64,000 nucleotides of DNA from a bacterium. GTDB lineage: Bacteria; Zhuqueibacterota; Zhuqueibacteria; Residuimicrobiales; Krinioviventaceae. This document shows, one piece after another, positions 39,027 to 49,780 of the stretch (its first letter is position 1; each line of letters opens with the position of its first letter). The notes beneath the pieces were generated by a model, which was given only the letters and a program-made list of their open reading frames with translations, searched no databases and had not been told where the DNA came from. Where the stretch lies: positions 1,632,001 through 1,696,000 of the forward strand of contig OY843751.1 in the NCBI GenBank assembly GCA_963693055.1. Direction: 5' to 3'. Made by a program: the position numbers and the translations under genes.

Positions 39027-39215
39027 ATGGCTGAACCCGGATGTACAGAATGTCCTTTTCGAGCAAAGTATGGCAATAATCCCAAATCAATACTGGGCAG
39101 ATTGTGGCGGTGGCATATTAATTTTTGTCCCGGATGGAAAGAGTATTTTACCAACCTGCCCGAAAATGAAAGGATTGATCTGGCAAAGAAATACAGTTTT
39201 ACCAAATATCAATAG
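39027..39215 (+). CDS. Small Cys/His-containing hypothetical protein
   Basis: AAGGAG RBS; CxxC...WRWHxxFCPGW. Confidence 0.7.
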   Translation: MAEPGCTECPFRAKYGNNPKSILGRLWRWHINFCPGWKEYFTNLPENERIDLAKKYSFTKYQ

Positions 39216-39979
39216 AGCAGCACGTCTTGTGTTGTAATTTCGTAATCACTGGTTACTTTTAACGCAATCTTGTAATGATCTACTTTGACTACGGTAGCTG
39301 TACCAATGCTAAAACCGTTTCTTGAGAGGGTATAGGTGTCATTTACTTTCATGGGGGTTTTATCTGTAATCTCTACAAGAATATAATTTTTAACCACATT
39401 TGCAATTTTCAAGGGGGTTGTGATCTGCATACCCTCATCTTTGACCAGAGGTTTTGACTGTACAGGTTTTTCCTGCTTCGGAGCCGGTTGTGTTGGCTGT
39501 ACCGGTTGCTCGGGTTTGGATTTGCCCAAGCTGGAGCTTAGCTTGTCAAAAAGTGCTTGTTCTAAAACGCCTCTTGAATTACAATCGTACCAGCTTTTGG
39601 TTACCTTGGTTTCATAGCCTTCAATTTTCAATGCAATTCGAACCGTTGTCTGTTTTTCTGATAATCTATACAGAGTAATAGTATAGCTGTATTCAGCGCG
39701 GTTCCAAATACCCATACCTACTCGTGGTTTGTAAGCAATTTCGTTCAACCGGGTATCTACATCTCCATCCAGGTTGATGGATTTAGATACAAACTGCATA
39801 TTATTTTTGTCAATGGATTCCATCGGAATATCCATTTCAGATATTACGGATAATAATGCGTTCCAGACTTTAGTATAAGAACTGTCAAACGTCTTTGAAT
39901 TGTTGACAGGTGCAACAGGTGTTTGTGTTGCTGCACATCCCAGAAACAAAAGCAAGAGAATTGGAATATATTTTTTCAT
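39209..39979 (-). CDS. Hypothetical lipoprotein
   Basis: FLGC lipobox, Pro/Gln-rich linker between two domains. Confidence 0.75.
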   Translation of the reverse strand: MKKYIPILLLLFLGCAATQTPVAPVNNSKTFDSSYTKVWNALLSVISEMDIPMESIDKNNMQFVSKSINLDGDVDTRLNEIAYKPRVGMGIWNRAEYSYTITLYRLSEKQTTVRIALKIEGYETKVTKSWYDCNSRGVLEQALFDKLSSSLGKSKPEQPVQPTQPAPKQEKPVQSKPLVKDEGMQITTPLKIANVVKNYILVEITDKTPMKVNDTYTLSRNGFSIGTATVVKVDHYKIALKVTSDYEITTQDVLLY

Positions 39980-40016
39980 AACAGTCCCGTTATTTATTGC
40001 TATGTTTTTAAAATTC

Positions 40017-40050
40017 ACAGGGATCCGTTTATCAAAAAACGGATCCCTGT
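40017..40050 (-). terminator. Hairpin downstream of pepF
   Basis: ACAGGGATCCGTTT / AAACGGATCCCTGT. Confidence 0.65.
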
Positions 40051-40055
40051 TGAAA

Positions 40056-41960
40056 TTATTTGGAAATCAATTTATCCAACTCGTCCACGGTTTTATCAAA
40101 CAGCTCCAGCGCTGATTGAATGGCTTCCGGTTTTGTAAGATCCAGACCAGCTTCTTGCAGCATGAGAACCGGTGCTTTTGAATTGCCGCCTTTGAGCATG
40201 TTCAGATACGCGTCTCTTGCCGGTTCGCCTTCTTCTTTGATCTTTTTGGCAAATGCAATACCGGATGACAAACCTGTAGCATAGGTGAATACATAATATT
40301 TGTAATAAAAGTGGGGGATATATGCCCATTCCATATGGTCGTTTTCATCCATGGTAAAACCAGAACCATAATAAGTTTTGATCAATTCCGTATAAATATC
40401 GTTGAGCTTGTTGGCAGTTATGGGTTCACCCGCTTCGGCAAGCTGGTGAAAACGGAGCTCAAATTCTGCAAACAGGGTTTGACGATAAATAGTAGTACGG
40501 ATGGTTTCCAACAGTTCACTGAGCAGCCAGGCTTTTTCTTCATCAGACTTGGCGTGATCGATCATGTATTGTGAGAGTAGAGCTTCGTTACAGGTTGAAG
40601 CAATTTCTGCCAGAAACGGGACATATCTCCATGACAAATAAGACTGGTTATTCATGGAATAATAACTGTGCATAGCGTGTCCATATTCATGTGCCAGTGT
40701 TGAAACGTCATTAAAAGAGTTTTGAAAGTTCATCAAAACATAAGGGTGTCTTCCGTATGTTGAGGAAGAAAATGCACCACTGTCTTTATTCTTGTAGGGA
40801 TATATGTCGATCCAGCCGTTAGCGGGATCCATAGCGGTTTTCAACATTGTGTTGTATTCCTGTCCAAGTGGTGTTAGTGCTTGTTGGATATATTGAATAC
40901 CGCTGTCATAATCCATTTCCATATCGATTTGTTTGACCATGGGAACATAGAGATCGTAAATGTGAATGTCATCCAATTTGAGTGCTTTTTTACGTAACTC
41001 TATGTATTTGTGTAAAGGTTTAACATTAGCTTTAACTGTGTTGATGAGATTCATATACACTGCAGGATCGATATCGTCTTTATCCAAATAGGCATCAATG
41101 ACCGTATCGTATCCACGTGATTTGGCCAGAAAAAGACTGAATTTTGCCTGTTCACCCAGGGTGGTTGCAAATGTGTTTTCGTAGGTTTTCAGAGTGCCGA
41201 ACATGGCATCTACAGCAGCTTTACGAACCTCGCGGTTTGGTGAATGGCGAAGCAATCCATAATTGGAAAAAGATAGTTGTACCTCTTTATCTTCACCTTT
41301 AATCATAGGCAAAGGCATTTCAGAAACCAATGCACCAAAAGCTTTTTCAGGAGCGGCGGGCAATTCATTTAAATCGATTTGCGCCCAGAGATTATCTCCG
41401 GCAAGAGATAAAATGCGTTCTTCTTCCGGCGAGAGTACCCTGTCTGCTCTTCGTCGCAGGCTGTTGATATACGGCATAAACGTTTTTAATTCTGGGGCTT
41501 TGGATATTGCGTTTTCAAGTTCCGAATCAGACAAGCCCAGAATAGTCTGACGTAAAATTGCACCTTCCTGCATAATTCCTTCGGTAAGGGTTAATGCTGT
41601 TTGGTGACGCGCAATTACGGCCTGATTGGTGGTTGCTGTTTCCCGCTGCAGGTTTGCATAAAGGGTTAACCGGTTAATGCGGTCATCCAGATTGAAATAT
41701 GCCTGCATGTAATCGGCAATCCCTTTGGGAGATGACAGCGCATTGTGCATTTCTGGCAATGCTTTAAGATCAAGTTCGCACTGATCAATTTCAGTTTGCC
41801 ATTGCGCATTGCTGCTGCAGAGAGGGGTGAGGTCCCATTTGTATTCATTGGGTACATCAGATGCTTTCATGTTCGCATCGGGAGTAAAGGGTGCAGCCTG
41901 GATTGTGAAAAAGGAAAGTAGAATCATGGTGATAGTCCAGCGTTCAAGTCTTGTTCTCAA
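40056..41960 (-). CDS. pepF: Oligoendopeptidase F (M3B), exported
   Basis: WDL, SGAFS, TLAHEYGHAMHS, AEIAST.NE, RQT.FAEFE, WAYIPHFY; signal peptide. Confidence 0.93.
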   Translation of the reverse strand: MRTRLERWTITMILLSFFTIQAAPFTPDANMKASDVPNEYKWDLTPLCSSNAQWQTEIDQCELDLKALPEMHNALSSPKGIADYMQAYFNLDDRINRLTLYANLQRETATTNQAVIARHQTALTLTEGIMQEGAILRQTILGLSDSELENAISKAPELKTFMPYINSLRRRADRVLSPEEERILSLAGDNLWAQIDLNELPAAPEKAFGALVSEMPLPMIKGEDKEVQLSFSNYGLLRHSPNREVRKAAVDAMFGTLKTYENTFATTLGEQAKFSLFLAKSRGYDTVIDAYLDKDDIDPAVYMNLINTVKANVKPLHKYIELRKKALKLDDIHIYDLYVPMVKQIDMEMDYDSGIQYIQQALTPLGQEYNTMLKTAMDPANGWIDIYPYKNKDSGAFSSSTYGRHPYVLMNFQNSFNDVSTLAHEYGHAMHSYYSMNNQSYLSWRYVPFLAEIASTCNEALLSQYMIDHAKSDEEKAWLLSELLETIRTTIYRQTLFAEFELRFHQLAEAGEPITANKLNDIYTELIKTYYGSGFTMDENDHMEWAYIPHFYYKYYVFTYATGLSSGIAFAKKIKEEGEPARDAYLNMLKGGNSKAPVLMLQEAGLDLTKPEAIQSALELFDKTVDELDKLISK

Positions 41961-42064
41961 AATGACCTCCTTGTTAGTATGTGGAGTAATTTACAGGTCA
42001 AGATACGTACAAATTATAATAAAGGGTACAAAAAAATGGTATTTAATTTATTCTGATTACTTTT

Positions 42065-42376
42065 CTAGTCCATATGAAAGACTTCTGTCAGTGGTTTGGT
42101 AACCGGAGAATTATCCGGATTGGTTTCCATAATATCTTGCATGTATGCCCACCATTTTTGAACCAGGGGGTTTTTGCCCAGATCCTGCGATGAAGCGCCC
42201 GCTACCATTTGATACCCAAACAGAATATTTGTTTCCGGATCATAGAATATACTATAATCCGAAACACCTGTTTCTTTTAATAATGCTTCGAGTTCGGGCC
42301 AGATCTCGTTGTGACGTTTAATGTATTCCTGTTCATAACCCGGATTTAGTTTCATTTTAAAAGCAACACGCTGCAT
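42065..42376 (-). CDS. rhaM: L-rhamnose mutarotase
   Basis: EYIKRHNEIWPE, KWWAYMQDIM, EVFHMD. Confidence 0.92.
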   Translation of the reverse strand: MQRVAFKMKLNPGYEQEYIKRHNEIWPELEALLKETGVSDYSIFYDPETNILFGYQMVAGASSQDLGKNPLVQKWWAYMQDIMETNPDNSPVTKPLTEVFHMD

Positions 42377-42379
42377 GAT

Positions 42380-43156
42380 TTACTCCTGATTATTGATGTT
42401 TACATCGATTATATTACACTGCCATTTGTTCTGGTCTAGGGCTGCTATTATCAAAGCATTTCGGGTATCCGGGATTTGCACCAAGAGTGTACCCTGGTTG
42501 TCCCAAACCGCACTTTTACCTGCGGTATCAAAACCTCCGGTTTTTTCACTGTGATTGGCAAGGAAAACCGGTATTTTGTATTTTGTAGCAATAGACTGCA
42601 GGATCTCTGCATCCTTGTCATATCCTTTAGGTGTTATAAACGCCCCTGCAAGGTAAAGGGTTGCGCCATTTTGGGCGGCATCATGTGAGTGTTGGGGATT
42701 GGTGAAATCCGCGCAAATTGCCTGGGCGATTTTGTGGTTGTTTGTTGAAATCATAATTTGATGATTTCCCGGAACAAAATATTCCTCTTCACCCGGGTGC
42801 AGATAGCGTTTGGTATGAGTATCAATGCTGCCGTCTGGAAAGAAACAGAGATTTGCTATATTAGATTTTCCCCCGGAATCTGGCACCGGGGCCCCTGCAA
42901 GGATGATGATATTGTTTTGAACAGCTTGCTGCTGCAATGTTTTTAAGCAGGAATCATTTGGTAATATGCTGCATTTTTGTGACAGTTTGGGTTCATAACC
43001 TGTTAATGACAATTCAGGAAACAGGATGAGATTTGCTCCTGCCTGTGTAGCTTTTTTGATATATTTTGAATGGATTTTGATGTTTGCTTTTATATCCGCC
43101 TTGATGGATGGCGTTTGAGCAATGGCTATGGTTATAGAATACATACAGATTTCCAT
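42380..43156 (-). CDS. Carbon-nitrogen hydrolase (nitrilase superfamily)
   Basis: FPELSLTGY, KRYL, ICAD (Glu-Lys-Cys triad). Confidence 0.88.
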   Translation of the reverse strand: MEICMYSITIAIAQTPSIKADIKANIKIHSKYIKKATQAGANLILFPELSLTGYEPKLSQKCSILPNDSCLKTLQQQAVQNNIIILAGAPVPDSGGKSNIANLCFFPDGSIDTHTKRYLHPGEEEYFVPGNHQIMISTNNHKIAQAICADFTNPQHSHDAAQNGATLYLAGAFITPKGYDKDAEILQSIATKYKIPVFLANHSEKTGGFDTAGKSAVWDNQGTLLVQIPDTRNALIIAALDQNKWQCNIIDVNINNQE

Positions 43157-43241
43157 TAAACATAGGATTCAGAGTGAAATATAATAAATAATAAATTGGG
43201 AATCATGTTTTTTTACTGCATGTATCCATTAATTTAATGGA

Positions 43242-43856
43242 TTATATAGGTTTTACCCTGTATATATTATTTTTGCTAGATATTTTTCCTTTATTAATAC
43301 CTGTTTTTAACACTTTTTCATATAATTCCTGGTAATCCTCGCTTTGCGCGAGTCCGCTTTGTTCTAGCACTCCGTCTGAATTATTGTCGAAAAATGTGGT
43401 TTCAAAACCCGTTCTGTTGTCTATTACAGTGAATTTATTAAAAGATTCATTTTGAGAAATAAAATGCGTTTGTACAATGCACGAACGTACATCGCCTGGG
43501 CATTTGTAAACTCTAATATATGCAAGTGTTTGAAATCTTTTTTTTAGATTTGCCGATTTCAGACCCGTATTGTAAATTTTGTTTGCTTCATCAATGCTCA
43601 GGTTGCCAACAATTACCTTGTCTATAGATTTGTCCTGATCATAATCAAATGCACGTAAAACAACCTTGCTGTCTGATCGCTGAAGTAACATATTACCGCC
43701 ACCTCCGTCGGTAATGCGAGAGCTTAGTATTTCATAATGATTTCCGTTTATTTGAAAGGCAAAAAAACCAATTTCAGTCTGTTTGGGTGGAGTGGATAAG
43801 CATCCCAACATAGAGGCGGAAAGAAATATGATGATCAATAAATATAATGATCTCAT
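43242..43856 (-). CDS. Hypothetical lipoprotein
   Basis: GGAGG RBS, MLGC lipobox, two DxDxD-like loops (DYDQDKSID, DNNSDGVLE). Confidence 0.7.
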   Translation of the reverse strand: MRSLYLLIIIFLSASMLGCLSTPPKQTEIGFFAFQINGNHYEILSSRITDGGGGNMLLQRSDSKVVLRAFDYDQDKSIDKVIVGNLSIDEANKIYNTGLKSANLKKRFQTLAYIRVYKCPGDVRSCIVQTHFISQNESFNKFTVIDNRTGFETTFFDNNSDGVLEQSGLAQSEDYQELYEKVLKTGINKGKISSKNNIYRVKPI

Positions 43857-43978
43857 TTTGTACCTCCATAATTTGGTATAAAGTTTTACCTTTTCTATAT
43901 ACTAGAACATTAGAAAATGGGAAATGAATCCAAAAATGAGAACAGGATTGATATATTTATTTTGATTTTATTAGTGAG

Positions 43979-44200
43979 CTATCTGTTTATCAGAACACTT
44001 GTCCCATGAAATGGCTTTGAAATACAAGCATTTTCAAGAACACCATCTACTTTTACCAGACATTTATTGCAGCATTGTGATGAATTTTGGGTTCTATAAC
44101 AAGGTGCATTAATTTGAATATTTAACCTGTCTGCCAACTCTACCAGATTGTTTTCTCCCGGGAGTATTTCGGTCTTAATTCCTTCAATCAATAGTGACAT
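43979..44200 (-). CDS. Stand-alone 2Fe-2S ferredoxin-like protein
   Basis: APCY...CCNKCLVKVDG...AC resembles the N-terminal 2Fe-2S domain of NuoG/hydrogenases. Confidence 0.6.
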   Translation of the reverse strand: MSLLIEGIKTEILPGENNLVELADRLNIQINAPCYRTQNSSQCCNKCLVKVDGVLENACISKPFHGTSVLINR

Positions 44201-44209
44201 GATCTTTCC

Positions 44210-45043
44210 AATAGTTAATTAAAAATTTGTTTTGCATGGATGTTGTAAAAATATGACCATTTGAAAACTGGTCCAGAATTTCTATAATTAAAGATTCTCT
44301 GTCTTGTTTGGGTAAATGCATAAATATGATTTCTTTGGGTTTTCAATATGTGTTTAATATTGATACTGCGTTTTCTGAACGATCATAACGCTCCATAAAA
44401 ATAATATCAACAGGTCCCAGTGTACTGAATATTTGTTTATTCATATAAAGTAGTGCGTCACCCACATGAAGAATTCTTTTATTATGCTAGTTTACAACAA
44501 AGCTAAGGTTCTCTACATTCCTGTGACAATTTATTTTTTTCCGGTTTGCGGATCAATGTCATAAAATGGACCATGTTGAACCCTGGAAATGGATATGGGG
44601 ATATTATTAATGGTTGTATCTACTTTAGTAAATAAATCTGGGGTGATTTCTATAATTTGATCTGCAATTATATTGAAGTTTTCCAATTCTTTTATTTTGT
44701 TCAAAGCCTGCCTGGGACACACCAGCTTGCATTGCTTGTTGTTTTGTAAAATCGTACCCGTCAGTTCAGCATTAAAATGGTCCCGATGGGAGTGCGTTGA
44801 AAAAATAACATCAAGATTATCAAAAGGAGGGTGGGCGGTTTTCATGTTTTGAATAACCTGTGGTGCAGGCACATCGCGGTAAGTGATGGTTGAATCATTA
44901 AAAGCTGCATCAATCAAGATTTTTTGTGTTGAATTTTTGAGCAGAAAACCTTCATTGGCTATATAGGTGACCGCTAGAGAATCTTTGGGAGCTGATAATA
45001 AATTAACTGAAATGATCTAGATGATTAATAATGAATTTTTCAT
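44210..45043 (-). pseudogene. Decayed exported MBL-fold metallohydrolase
   Basis: VTYIANEGFL, LIDA, THSHRDH, LHVGDA, IIFMHL; TAG at codon 9, frameshift near 44535, further TAG and TGA; 3' boundary approximate. Confidence 0.8.
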
Positions 45044-45052
45044 CCATAACCT

Positions 45053-45589
45053 CTAGACATTTATTTGTACAATTTTATTTTCAGGAATTTTGAAATTTTC
45101 TTTAATATAACCGATTTTAAAGCTGCTGGATTTGCTATTATCAAACTTGACTTTATTTTGATCTCCTCGATATTCTCTGATATGTAAATAGAAACTTTGT
45201 TTTCTATATTCATATTTATACATGACAAGCCAGTCCCACAGATCTTTATCCAGGCCATGTATGTATTTAAAATATTGGTTCTCTGTTTTGTTTTTGTTTA
45301 TATCTTCCAGGGCTCTATTAATTTTATGCTCTGACCAGCCTTTTTTTTGATATTTCTTTTTTTGCCTCTGAGAATAATTCAATTCTGTATCAGAATCAGA
45401 TCCATATTCCGGGTCAAATAGACCGCATGAGCAAAATTCCATTATAATATAATAGCTCGAATAATTGTTAGGTAATGCATCAATAAAACATTTATTGTTG
45501 GATTGGAAATAAGATAGTTGGTCCGGAAGTTGGTTCAGCATTATTATATCCGGACCTTTGGGCAGACCGATATTGATGAAATAACACAT
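45053..45589 (-). CDS. Hypothetical protein
   Basis: AGGGGG RBS; MC...CSC motif; KYQKKGWSEHKINRAL. Confidence 0.65.
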   Translation of the reverse strand: MCYFINIGLPKGPDIIMLNQLPDQLSYFQSNNKCFIDALPNNYSSYYIIMEFCSCGLFDPEYGSDSDTELNYSQRQKKKYQKKGWSEHKINRALEDINKNKTENQYFKYIHGLDKDLWDWLVMYKYEYRKQSFYLHIREYRGDQNKVKFDNSKSSSFKIGYIKENFKIPENKIVQINV

Positions 45590-45609
45590 AATCCCCCTCT
45601 TGATTTTTT

Positions 45610-46908
45610 TTATTGAAAAGTCAGTTTGATAACGGTAAACGGCATTGCTTTGTCAGAGTCCGGCAGACTGATCTCAAGTCCTTTAGGTGTAGATTGGTAT
45701 ATTACTTTATTGCTGTTTGATAATTGAACAGCAAAAGTAACGGTTTTGTTGAAATCCGGTAAGAGGATTTTTTTCTGCCAATTTATAACATGTATAAAGA
45801 TAAAATTATCTTTATGGGTTGTAACTCCCCATTCCTGCGGAGGTATGGGGCCGCCACGAGTACCATAGACAGATTCTCCATTCACATCCAGCCATTCACC
45901 TATCTCTTTTAGTACATCGATCTGGCGCTGTTCAATACGACCGTCTAGCATGGGGCTAATATTGAGTAAAAGGTTGCCACCGCCGCCAACGGTGTTGAGC
46001 AGAATGCTGAGGCATTCATCTGTGGATTTGAGTTTGTCGTTGGGCTTCCAGGCCCATTGCGTGCAAATGGTCATACAGGTTTCCCAGGGAGTTTGGGGTC
46101 TGTATGCCCCAACGGTTTGTTCCGGGGTTTCAAAGTCTCCTGCAAAATCCGGACTTTTGGTAATGCCTTCCATGCCTACCCGGCCTTTATCAACCCGGTT
46201 GTTTATCAATAATTCATCGTTCAGTTTACGAGACCATGTATAGAGATCGAGACCCCTTTCGTGGGTCCAGGGTTCTTCCCATTCACCGTCAAACCACAGC
46301 ACTTGTGTGTCATATTTCTCTACCAGCTCCGTAAGCTGGTTTTTCATAAACCGGATGTATGATTCCATATCAGGATTTTCTTTCATGATTCTTTTATCAC
46401 CTCGTCTGACCAGGAACGGATAATCCGGGTGATACCAGTCAGCAAGTGAGTAATAGGTGCCAAAAAAGATACCTTGTTTGCGGCAGGCATCAGAGAGTTC
46501 TTTAACAATATCCCGTTTAAATGGACCGTTCATAATATCGTAATCTGTAAATTCCGAATCCCAGAGAGAAAAACCGTCGTGGTGTTTGGCAACAAGGATG
46601 ATATATTTCATGCCCGCGGTTTTGGCGATGGATACCCATTCATCCGCGTCAAATAGTACCGGGTTAAATTCTTTGTAAAGTTGATCGTATTCGTCTACAG
46701 GTACCTGAATGCCGCGAGACAAACTAATCTCTGTACCGCGCAGCGATGAGGGACCCCAGTGTATAAACATACCAAAACGCAGGTCCTGCCAATTCTTTAA
46801 GGATTTTTGGTTCGGTACAAGATCGGGATTCTTTTCAACCGTACCGACAGGGGTTTGGCCCAAAAGCGGGATGTATAAACATAAAAGAAATAAAATTGTC
46901 TGTTTCAT
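45610..46908 (-). CDS. Alpha-L-fucosidase (GH29)
   Basis: FGMFIHWG, KHHDGF, LWFDGEW, INNR, TPEQ, WETC, NLLLN. Confidence 0.95.
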   Translation of the reverse strand: MKQTILFLLCLYIPLLGQTPVGTVEKNPDLVPNQKSLKNWQDLRFGMFIHWGPSSLRGTEISLSRGIQVPVDEYDQLYKEFNPVLFDADEWVSIAKTAGMKYIILVAKHHDGFSLWDSEFTDYDIMNGPFKRDIVKELSDACRKQGIFFGTYYSLADWYHPDYPFLVRRGDKRIMKENPDMESYIRFMKNQLTELVEKYDTQVLWFDGEWEEPWTHERGLDLYTWSRKLNDELLINNRVDKGRVGMEGITKSPDFAGDFETPEQTVGAYRPQTPWETCMTICTQWAWKPNDKLKSTDECLSILLNTVGGGGNLLLNISPMLDGRIEQRQIDVLKEIGEWLDVNGESVYGTRGGPIPPQEWGVTTHKDNFIFIHVINWQKKILLPDFNKTVTFAVQLSNSNKVIYQSTPKGLEISLPDSDKAMPFTVIKLTFQ

Positions 46909-46946
46909 CTGATTCTCTTTCTGTTAATAGTAATCAATCATGTTTT

Positions 46947-47594
46947 TTACAGATCAGATTCCTGCCATTTTTGTTCAAGAAACTCTACAGGATGAAAATA
47001 ATATTTATTTAAATCCTCAATGTCATAACAGATACCCCAATATGTCCCATAATGCATAAAGGGGCGTTTGTTGTCAGGTTTTCTGGATTTTGGCTTTTTT
47101 TTCATTACTTCAAAATGAAAATGATCAAATTGCCAGCCGTATTTATCCAGTTCGGCTTTGCTCATGTATCTGGCAATCGGTGTTTCGGGATCGACGGTTT
47201 CTCCCAAAGTGCATTCAATTCCGGCAATATGTTCGTACACCGTCCATATTAATGTAGAATCTTTTTGTAAATGTTCAATAATTATTTGAGCATAAGGCCC
47301 GTCATCTCTCAGGCTGATCACCTTGCCTTTAGCCGCGGTATAGACCGGCTCATCTGTATAATTTTTAGATGGGCGTTTAAAATCTACTCCCGTGTGCAGA
47401 TGTTCAGGCACATTGGGTCGTGCTTTACGAACCAATCCGAATTTACCTATACCCGTGAGTTTCACGGCCTGGGAGGATTGACGGTTATCGCTGTTAAAGG
47501 GCAGGTACCATTTTAGCGGAGAAGCCGCGAATGTTAAATTTGTGTTTATAATAAAACAGATGAATACAGCAAGGAGGCATAATCGTTTTCGCAT
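46947..47594 (-). CDS. M23-family metallopeptidase, exported
   Basis: HTGVD (HxxxD), YEH, HFHFE (HxH); signal peptide. Confidence 0.85.
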   Translation of the reverse strand: MRKRLCLLAVFICFIINTNLTFAASPLKWYLPFNSDNRQSSQAVKLTGIGKFGLVRKARPNVPEHLHTGVDFKRPSKNYTDEPVYTAAKGKVISLRDDGPYAQIIIEHLQKDSTLIWTVYEHIAGIECTLGETVDPETPIARYMSKAELDKYGWQFDHFHFEVMKKKPKSRKPDNKRPFMHYGTYWGICYDIEDLNKYYFHPVEFLEQKWQESDL

Positions 47595-47610
47595 TTTCTT
47601 TTTTCCTTTT

Positions 47611-48484
47611 TCAAATCTTGCTTGGTTTTTTGATGTATAATGTACTTTCAATAGTATAAATAATTAAAGCCAGCCAGATAAAAGATAAACCTGTGAGTTT
47701 TGCTTTGTCTAGTATTTCATGATAGATCAAGAGTCCTGTTAAAAAGATTAATGTGGGATATATATATTGCAAAATACCTATTGCAGACAAGCTGATGAGT
47801 CTGGCGCCTGTAATAAATATAAGTAATGGCAGTCCGCTAATGACTCCTGTGCCAATTAGTAAAAGTATAGTTTGATGAATCAAAAAAGTGAAATGATTGA
47901 TTTTGATATAGTATAATCAAATACGTAATGGATAATATTGACAAAATTAATGTTTCCAGAGTTAATCCTTCAACGGCGTTGAGTGGTGATTTTTTTCGTA
48001 AAAGTCCACAAGTACCCCAAGTTACTGCAAGGTACATGGAGAGCCAGGGGAATTGACCATATAAAACAGTCATGATTAAGACACCCAGCGCTGCGATTGT
48101 TACAGCAAACCACTGTACTTTGCGCAATTTTTCATGAAGGAAAAGGATGCCCAGAAAAATGATGACCAGAGGACAAATAAAGTAACCCAGACTGGTCTCT
48201 ATGATAAAACCAGCATTTACTGCCCAGATGTAGATACCCCAGTATGAGCCAATTAAAAAAGCAGGAACAATTATGATCCACTTGTTACGAGCAGATATAA
48301 ATTTAGTATAGAGCGGTTTCCTACCGTTTTTAGTAGTGATGATTATTGTAAAGAATATAAAGGACCAGAAAATTCGATGTGCCAGTATTTCGGTAGCAGG
48401 AATGCTTTTTAATGTTTTCCAGTAAACGGGGTGTAATCCCCAGAAAATATAAGCACTTGTGGCGTATATTGTTCCTCGGTTCAT
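47611..48484 (-). pseudogene. rarD: RarD/EamA-family permease split by a frameshift
   Basis: EILAHRIFWS, ETSLGYFI.PL in ORF 47837-48484; LQYI.PT, IWLAL in ORF 47611-47883; shift near the homopolymer at 47882-47887. Confidence 0.8.
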
Positions 48485-48679
48485 TGTTTATTCTTTCAAT
48501 TCCAGAAAATGATTGTCTAGTATGTTTAAAAACTGCATCCCCCGATGAAAAATTAATATAATGCATGAAATTTTGAAAAACAACAAGTGTAAAGGAATGA
48601 TGAAAAATATTTGGGGAATTAAATGCATGATCAGGTGAGACTGGAGGAGTACCCATATATCAAGTTTTTAAATCAGAAT

Positions 48680-49195
48680 TTATCTGCTAAAAGACATTTT
48701 TTTGTTTCTTATATGGTTGAACCATCTGTCTAACGCAAAGAGTAACACAAAAATAATCAACGCAAGTACAGGTATAGGCGTGTTGAATTCTATAGATTGC
48801 AATTGATTGCCCAGATTCTGTAAAAAAGGCTGCAACTCGACTGATTCGGTTTGTGGTGTGGTAATTACATCCTCTACCAGTTGTTTCGTATCCACATAAT
48901 AAAAAGAAACATTGATTGCCACAATTACTACAAATAACGCTATAAACATGTGCAGCAGATTGAAATGTACTTTACCCAATGTTGCGATGTTGGTTTTTTT
49001 GATTACATCGCTGGTAAAACCGGGGGATAGCTGTATGTCCTGATCGTATTCAAGGGACGCATAGAGAGAACGGTATTGATCAAGTGAATCACGTAATTCA
49101 CGATTTTTACCCAGTTCAATTTCAAACCGTTCTTCCATATCCGGAGACATGTTGCCGTCCAGATAATTCTGTATGTCATGATCTGTAAAGTTCAT
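48680..49195 (-). CDS. Putative membrane anti-sigma factor
   Basis: IQNYLDG.MS..FE N-terminal domain, SPGFT..V, two TM segments; overlaps the sigma stop codon. Confidence 0.75.
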   Translation of the reverse strand: MNFTDHDIQNYLDGNMSPDMEERFEIELGKNRELRDSLDQYRSLYASLEYDQDIQLSPGFTSDVIKKTNIATLGKVHFNLLHMFIALFVVIVAINVSFYYVDTKQLVEDVITTPQTESVELQPFLQNLGNQLQSIEFNTPIPVLALIIFVLLFALDRWFNHIRNKKMSFSR

Positions 49196-49773
49196 TGGTT
49201 ATATAGATCCTCTGTTTTATATTGTGCCACCAGTTGTTCTTTTAGCATTTTGCGGGCACGAAATAAATAATTTTTTACAGTGCCTTCGGGCATGTTCATG
49301 ATCTCACCAATTTCGTAATAACTCATTTCCTGCAGATGATAGAGTGTAAGCACACTGCGATATTTAATGGGCAGTTTGTTGATTTCCTGCTCTAGTTTAT
49401 TATGGGCGTCTCTGTTTTCCAGTTCTGTATCGGGAGCAGGGTTGTAGCCTTGCAGGTGGTCTAGGGTCATGTCTTCTGGTGCAATATCACTATAAAGAGC
49501 AGCTTTTTTCTTTTGTAAATAATTAATGCATGTATTATAAGAAATTCGAGCTATCCAGGTAGAGACTTTGCTTTCAAACTGAAAGGTATGTAGATTTTGA
49601 TATATTTTTACAAAAACATCCTGGCATAAATCTTCACGGTCTTCAGGAATATGTACCAGTCTGAAAACAATGTGAGATACCAGGTTTTTGTAATCATCTA
49701 CAAAAGCGCGAAAAGACCGGGTACTACCCTCCAGTATACTTTTAATGCGCTCTTGTTCCAGGTTTTGTTTCAT
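49192..49773 (-). CDS. ECF RNA polymerase sigma factor (SigW-like)
   Basis: EDLCQDVF, STWIARI, LP.KYR..L.L, SY.EI, GTVKNYLFRAR. Confidence 0.93.
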   Translation of the reverse strand: MKQNLEQERIKSILEGSTRSFRAFVDDYKNLVSHIVFRLVHIPEDREDLCQDVFVKIYQNLHTFQFESKVSTWIARISYNTCINYLQKKKAALYSDIAPEDMTLDHLQGYNPAPDTELENRDAHNKLEQEINKLPIKYRSVLTLYHLQEMSYYEIGEIMNMPEGTVKNYLFRARKMLKEQLVAQYKTEDLYNQ

Positions 49774-49780
49774 ATTATAA

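Noticed and set aside
44210-45043. Stop-codon recoding (TAG/TGA read-through) in the MBL gene
   Set aside because: The gene also has a frameshift, and TAG and TGA terminate normal genes elsewhere in the window
48330-48656. 108-aa minus-strand ORF and the many other shadow ORFs in the track
   Set aside because: They overlap well-supported genes in other frames and lack motifs and RBSs
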